A DNA stretch of 64,000 nt from Amoebophrya sp. A120. Lineage: Eukaryota; Protista; Dinoflagellata. Each line of letters starts with the position of its first letter. The first letter of the stretch is position 1. A model generated the notes under the pieces. That model did no database searches and was not told where the DNA came from. It saw only the letters and a program-made list of their open reading frames with translations. Below are positions 58,004 to 64,000 of the stretch, one piece after another. Both the position numbers and the translations under genes were made by a program. The stretch lies in the NCBI GenBank assembly GCA_905178155.1, contig CAJINV010000007.1, positions 3,676,265 through 3,740,264 of the forward strand, read 5' to 3'.

Positions 58004-58318
58004 ATTGCGAAAGATTTTGGGGATTGCAAAGCGTTTCGGGGATTGCGAAATATTTTGGGGAGTGCAAAATATTTTGGGGCTTGCAAAATATTTTGGGGGT
58101 TGCAAAATATCTTGGGGATGGCAAAACATTTTGGGGATTGCAAAATATTTCCGGGACTGCAAAATATTTCGGGGATTGCAAAATATTTCAGGGATTGCAA
58201 AATATTGCGGGGAGTGCAAAATATTTCGGGGATTGCAAAATATTTCGGGGATTGCAAAAAATTTCGGGGATTGCAAAACATTCCGGGGATTGCAAAATAT
58301 TTCGGGGATTGCCAAATG
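58004..58318. repeat. 19-bp minisatellite (GGGGATTGCAAAATATTTC)n
   Basis: About 16 units directly abutting the 18-bp array; each contains the palindromes TTGCAA and AAATATTT. Confidence 0.95.
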
Positions 58319-58880
58319 TTGGCCGTTGGCCGTTTGCGATTTAGCCCTTTGCGATTTGGGCGTTTGCGATTTGGCCGTTTGCGATTTGGCCGTTGGCCGT
58401 TTCCGATTTGGCCGCTGGCCGTTTGCGATTTGGCCGTAGGCCGTTTGCGATTTGGCCGTAGGCCGTTTGCGATTTGGCCGTTTGCGATTTGGCCGTTGGC
58501 CGTTTGCGATTGGGCCGTGGCCGTTTGCGATTTGGCCGGTTGCGATTTGGCCGTTGGCCGTTTGCGATTGGGCCGTTGGCCGTTGGCCGTTTGCGATTTG
58601 GCCGTTTGCCGTTTGCCGTTTGCCGTTTGCCGTTTGCCGTTTGCCGTTTGCGATTTGGCCGTTGGCCGTTTGCGATTTGGCCGTTGGCCGTTTGCGATTT
58701 GGCCGTTTGCGATTTGGCCGTTGGCCGTTTGCGATTTGGCCGTTGGCCGTTTGCGATTTGGCCGTTGGCCGTTGGCCGTTTGCGATTTCCCCTCTGACCG
58801 TTTGCGATTTGGCCGCTGGCCGTTGTCCGTTTGCGATTTGGCCGTTTGCGGTTTGGCCGGACGGTTGCCGTTGGCCGTTG
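58319..58880. repeat. 15/22-bp minisatellite TTTGCGATTTGGCCG(TTGGCCG) with an internal (TTTGCCG)n run
   Basis: Mixed 7-8-bp subunits; a pure TTTGCCG run lies at about 58605-58646. Confidence 0.95.
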
Positions 58881-60761
58881 GGCGGTGAGCGATTTCGCAA
58901 ATCGCGACAACTTTAGAAAGTTTGAAAAGCGTGAAAAACTTTTCGGCGAAGGCGATTTTCCTCCCTGTTGCAAAATTTTAACTTGCGCAGCTCAGCAATA
59001 GGAGTTATAGTTTTCTGCTGACAGTGCAGCACCACCAGAATTAGATACCACGTCAAGCAGTCGGGCACCAGCACTTTCGTACTAGTAACTCTTCTTCAAC
59101 GCAGTTATTCAGACGTGCCAACGACTTCACAGCAATCCTGTAAACTTGACATTGTCACTCTTCTGTTTTTGATATTCCTGTAAATTAAAGCTCAAGTCCT
59201 CGCGGAAGAACTTGAATTCGATTTTAGAATGGAGATTTGTTTAGATTGATTTGGCGGATTCGTTGCTTGTCGGAAGAAGATGATAAAAAATGTATATGTT
59301 GAGCATGCGAAGTCAGCAATGGTGTTGATGCGTTTTGCCGTTGTTGTGATTCTAGTGGACCAGGACATTGTTCCTGCAGGACGTCGGTGGTCACATGGCA
59401 GTGAAAAATCCTGTCGTGAGCAGCCATTTGATGCTGAATATCTTGGTCGCATTTTGGTGTTCGTAGCGCGTCTAATTCTCCGTCGTATCTGCTATCGTGC
59501 TAGTTGCATGTGCATGAGCATGCCCAAGCATATGTATAGTACAACGAGAGCCGTTGTTTCTTTCTGTTGTCCTCTCTGTTTGTGATTGTCCCCGACCGAT
59601 AAAATTCATCCTATAGCACGCTGCAAGATGAATATGAAGCCTGATCTATAGTTCGTTTTCCGCAAGCACCGTGGCTTTGTGGTTTCACAAAATGATCCCT
59701 TTACGAAGAGGAGTCAAAGTTCTTTTTTCGACCATGCTGCACGTAATTTTTGTACTCTTTTATTACCATAGTTCGAAGAACAGGAATGTGGACGCAGAGC
59801 AACTGATTTCCACATGGTTTTTTGCTCGATTCTTCAAAGATCACACGTATCATGTTTGCTTTGCATGAAGAAGTTGCCAAGATCTATTTCTTGATGTTGA
59901 TCATCCTGTATTAAACAAGCGGCTGCGCTCGTTGTGACATCACACGGTGAAACGACTTTCTTCATTCCGGACCGTTCCTATTCAGGAGTTTCAGTGTGTG
60001 ACGATGAAACTAAAGACAGTAGACCTCAAACAGAAACACAAATTCTCTCTGGACCCCTTTTAAACTACGAAAGTAAGTACGCGGAAGAACCGCGTCTTTA
60101 CTTTCTGTACGGCCTTAGCCTTATCAAGAAGTAAAGCGTTGGTAAAAAAAATATTGAGCAAAGAAAAAAGCACGAGAAGCATGAAAATAAAAATTGCAGA
60201 ATCAATAAACCTCCGCAATCAATAATACCCCAGAAGAACATGACGGATGATGTGCGGACATTCACAACCACACTCGTCTCACGTCGCGGATTCGCAGTGG
60301 CAGCGGCGGTGAAGCCGGCCTAGATGGAGATGACCCCGAGCTCACGTTGGAATACGGCACAAGTGTAGAGCCATTGAGATGGTAAAAAAGCCCTCCGTGC
60401 TCCGTAATTCTTGACGTCTTGTCTCTGCACGTTGACCGCGTCCATTTGATCTGCGCCGCATCAGTACGCTCCTCCGGTATCAAAAGTGCTCAGGTACAAC
60501 TTCTACCTCCAGGCACGACACCGCCCCATCTGTGCTGCCGATGAACGATCATGATTTATTCTTTCCAGACGCCACACGACCAAGATGAACCACGCCGCCA
60601 ATTAAAGAAACTCAAGACGCCGGTCCCCACCAGTAGTACAACATGATGCGCAGCACTTAACTACCTCTGTTAAGAAAGTAGCAGTTCGTAAAAATAACAA
60701 AAACTCCTTTTAATACGACCCACGCCTCAACCTAATATCCTGTTCATCCTCGCGGCCCACC

Positions 60762-63700
60762 ATGCAAGACCGAAACTACCCGGAGAATGCTCCCGGGGGT
60801 GGAGGTTCATCCCCGTCCGCCAGAGCCCACCCGGGCGACAAGGAGAAACAAGACGACGGTCCTCATCAAGACGGTAGCGGAACATCAACTCAGACGACCC
60901 TGCTTCGGCACACAGCACACCACGTCCAGGACCCGAGCCTCGCCCAGCGCGGATTTCTCTCGGCGGAGCTGCTAGTGCAGAGTGTGGAGATTCTCGGGGA
61001 AGCGAATGTCAACCTCGAGGTGGTTCGCCGACGCAAAAAGGCTTACGTTTTGGCGCGCGAGAAAAAGCGACTCCAGTACAACAGTACTAAAGCAGGCACA
61101 ACTAACAAGCACCCGGGCAATAAAAGCTCGTCGTCGAGGAAAAAGAGCGAAACCAATGCAGCAGGCGGCAACGAGCAAGCTGGTGCTGACAAACAAAATG
61201 ATTCGTCGAAAAACAGAGATCCAAAGCCGAAGACCAAAGATCAACGGTCGCAGTCCGACAACGTGTCCGCGGGGGTGCGGGGCGCGCGGTCCGACGTGAA
61301 CGCCAATACGGCGCAAACTGGCGGCGGCAGTCGGGGGCTGTTCGAAAGCTTTACTTCCTCCGGGGGCACCCACCTGCCGCGACTGCCCACCTGGCAGACA
61401 CAAATGGACCAGCAGCAGCAATTGCCACCAGATGTTCTTGTTGGTGGTGCAGCTGCCCCTGGCGGCGGAGCAAATGCAGGAGGTGGAGCTAGTAGTAGCT
61501 CGTCCAGTATTAACTCGGGGACAAGTTCATCTGGACAGGTGGGCCTACACCAACAGGAGACCACAGCAAGTGGACTACTTGCAGCGGGGATCAACGCGAG
61601 TGCCGCTGCCGGGGCGTCGAGCGGTGCCTCTTCTGGCAGTGCCGGAGGACAAGGGTCCTCGTCTTCCTCAGCATCATCCTCTGCGAACAACGGCTTCCCC
61701 GGTGCAAATCTTCACCCTGCTCCAGGCAGCCCAGTGATTGAGTCAGGATTCTCGTCAGGTACTAGTGCCAGCTCGAGCGGAATAATTCCACCAATTACTA
61801 GTGGTCCAACTCCAAGTGGAGCAGGGGCTTCAACCTCCGCGACCGGCTTACAACAATTACCGGGAAGCACACCAGCAGCTGGCGGCACAGTGGGCAGCTC
61901 CACGACGAGCCATGAAGTGTATAATCCCGGCGGAGGACTTGTAGGTGGAACTACACCCGGTAGTGCGACTGCTGGGGGCGGCGGTACGACAAGTGGTGCA
62001 ACGCATGGCACTGGCACTGCTGGGTGGTCGCCAGGATTCAATCCTCCGTCATCGTCAACATCTGCCGACAATGCTAACACTAACGCAGCCTGGAACATCA
62101 ATCAGAATCCACCTAGCTTCAACGCTGCCGGACCGGGGACGTTCGACTTGGCGCAGACACCAATGACTACACCGGGCGGGGCGGGGGACCCGTCTGGATT
62201 TCAGCCGGCTGCTGAATCTGGGGTAATATATTAGATACGGCCGGCAGTTTTTTCTGCATTGTATTTTCTGTGCTTCGAGTTCGATCATGTACGGTCTTCG
62301 CAGTTCTATGTTTCAAGAAACTTGTTGCTATCAACTTCATAGCTATACTTAACTTTGTTGACCTCCAACACCAGGTGAGCGGCGACTCTTCCACCACCAG
62401 GGACTTCTTTGACATTTTCGGCGTGCCGCCCGATGACGGACACCTGCCGCCTCCTGGGGCCCCCGCCGCTGGTGCACCACCGGGCACGTCTACAGCGCAG
62501 GTGTTTCAAACCTCGCACGTCATGAACGAGAGCGACTTCCAGAATTTCTTGCAGTCCATGTCCAATCTACAGAATACTGCAGGCGGGACAACGACAATGC
62601 CAGGCCCGGATGGAGCCCCTTTCTTTCTCGGCCCGCCCGGCGCCGGCGGCATGATCCCCCCTCCGACCACCACCATGCCGGGAGGAGGAGCTCCAGCTCC
62701 AGTGGGCGGACCGCCAGCACCTGGGGGTGCTCCAGCGGGCCGCGGGATTTTCGCGGAGCCGGCGGGCCAGGGTAACAACAACAACAACATGACGTCGGAC
62801 GACCCAGAATTGATGGCGATGCTGGATGAGCAGTTCGCGGACATCGCCAGGGGACCGATGGGTCGAGGACTTGGCATTACGACAGGACCACCGGGTGCTG
62901 CCGGCGAGGCTGGTGAACTTAATATCCCGCCCCAGGCACAGGCGTTTTTCGACCTTATCCGTCAAGAAGTGCCAAACCTTGCCCGAGGAATTTTCCACCC
63001 GGCGTTCGCGCCTCGAACGGATGTTGTCCCTGCCATGTTGCCGCCCACCGGTGCCGCGAATAACGCCACCGCCGGCCTGGGAAATGTAATCTTCGGTGGA
63101 ACGCTGCCGCCGGGAGGAGCAGGTGGAGCCGGAGGCGGACCTCCAGGACCACAACTGCCCCCAGGCACTATGCAAGTCGGCCCGACGCAAACCTACCAAA
63201 TCAGTGGGCAGGGCCAGACGATTCAGGAATCGATCGCGTCGTTGCAGGAGCAACTAGCGGCGCGCGGGCTGCCGTTGCCGCCGGAGTTTATGGCGGGCGC
63301 AGCAGCGGTGCCGCTGCCCCCGGGCGCGATGATGATGGGCGGGGGAGCCGCTCCTGGAGGTGGACCTCGTGGTCCGGACGATAATTATGCCGACGACTAC
63401 AATTACCCGTGGGAGGCAAACATTCCGGAGGGCGGCGGAGTCAACACGCAGGTCAACTTTCAGGTGGTGGTGGCTCAGCAAGTCGTGAATAACGGTGCGG
63501 GTGGCACGGGTACTGCCTTTCATCCGGGCAGCAGCGGTCTGCAGTCCGGCACGACGGAATTCAACGAGGTTACAGAGTTTCCAGAAATCGAGATTGATGA
63601 CAGCGCGATAGGAGGCAGTGGAGCTTCTATTCATCATGATCATCCTGGTGGCACTAATAATCTGCTCGAAGAGCTGCAAGTGGCTGATGGGGGCACGGCA

Positions 63701-64000
63701 ACAAGTGCTGGTGCTTCTAGAAACGCACGACCTGCAGGAGCATCTTCGTCCTCGTCTGCAGGTGTAGTTTTTCCAGCTGTTTCTGCGTCCGCCCCACAAG
63801 AAGTGATTGGTTACTCAGCCACAAGCTCTTCCTCTTCCTCGTCCAGTGCGCCGCGAAACGTAATAAATCATCCAGCAGAAACTGCAACTTCCACATTTAT
63901 TCAAGGACCCTCGGCAGGAGCGAGCAGTAGCAGCAGACCAGCCGTCAATGAGATGAACCAGAACACGACTACTAGCAGCAGAAGAGAAAGAAACAGGAAA
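60762..64000 (+). CDS. Large Gly/Pro/Ser-rich low-complexity protein (3'-partial)
   Basis: Exon 60762-62222, GT-AG intron 62223-62374 (phase 0), then a frame from 62375 (VSGDSSTTRDFFDIFG...) that appears open to the window end. Confidence 0.7.

Noticed and set aside
58004-58318. CRISPR-like array
   Set aside because: The units are contiguous with no unique spacers, there are no cas genes, and the context is eukaryotic.
56996-58973. Long ORFs on both strands (up to 630 aa) across the satellite block
   Set aside because: They are translations of stop-poor tandem repeats, open in several frames at once.
155-63799. Numerous minus-strand ORFs of 100-290 aa
   Set aside because: Antisense shadows of GC-rich + strand exons with no recognisable domains.

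Overview
Gene-dense eukaryotic nuclear DNA, most consistent with a parasitic syndinian dinoflagellate (Amoebophrya-like; inferred from architecture, not from a database match). About 17 protein-coding genes can be reconstructed, all on the + strand: GH5 endoglycoceramidase-like, a small mitochondrial-type membrane protein, EF-hand, BTB-BACK-SPRY, GT61-like, RING-H2, bromodomain-like, a surface membrane protein, dihydroxyacetone kinase, AspH-like dioxygenase, AAA ATPase, cyanobacterial/algal-type GST, NEK-like kinase, GT32 and several unknowns. The dominant hidden structure is a set of 21 short (128-429 bp) MITE-like introner elements inside coding exons. Each starts with TAT, nearly all end with ATA, and each has terminal inverted repeats. 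Eleven have a perfect 5-bp target-site duplication and the rest have diverged flanks. In all 21, removing the element plus 5 bp restores the reading frame. Most cannot be removed as GT-AG introns, one family occurs in both orientations, and unrelated families share an internal GCAWNACAAA motif. A conserved GDGDxG motif in the DHA kinase places the 5' cut one base outside the TIR. Introners with inverted and direct repeats are already known in Amoebophrya, so the mechanistic details are the part worth testing. The window also has an 881-bp TTAGGG-ended TIR element whose empty site survives in an adjacent tandem duplication, and a 1.6-kb composite of three satellites. All splice models were inferred by hand without transcript data.
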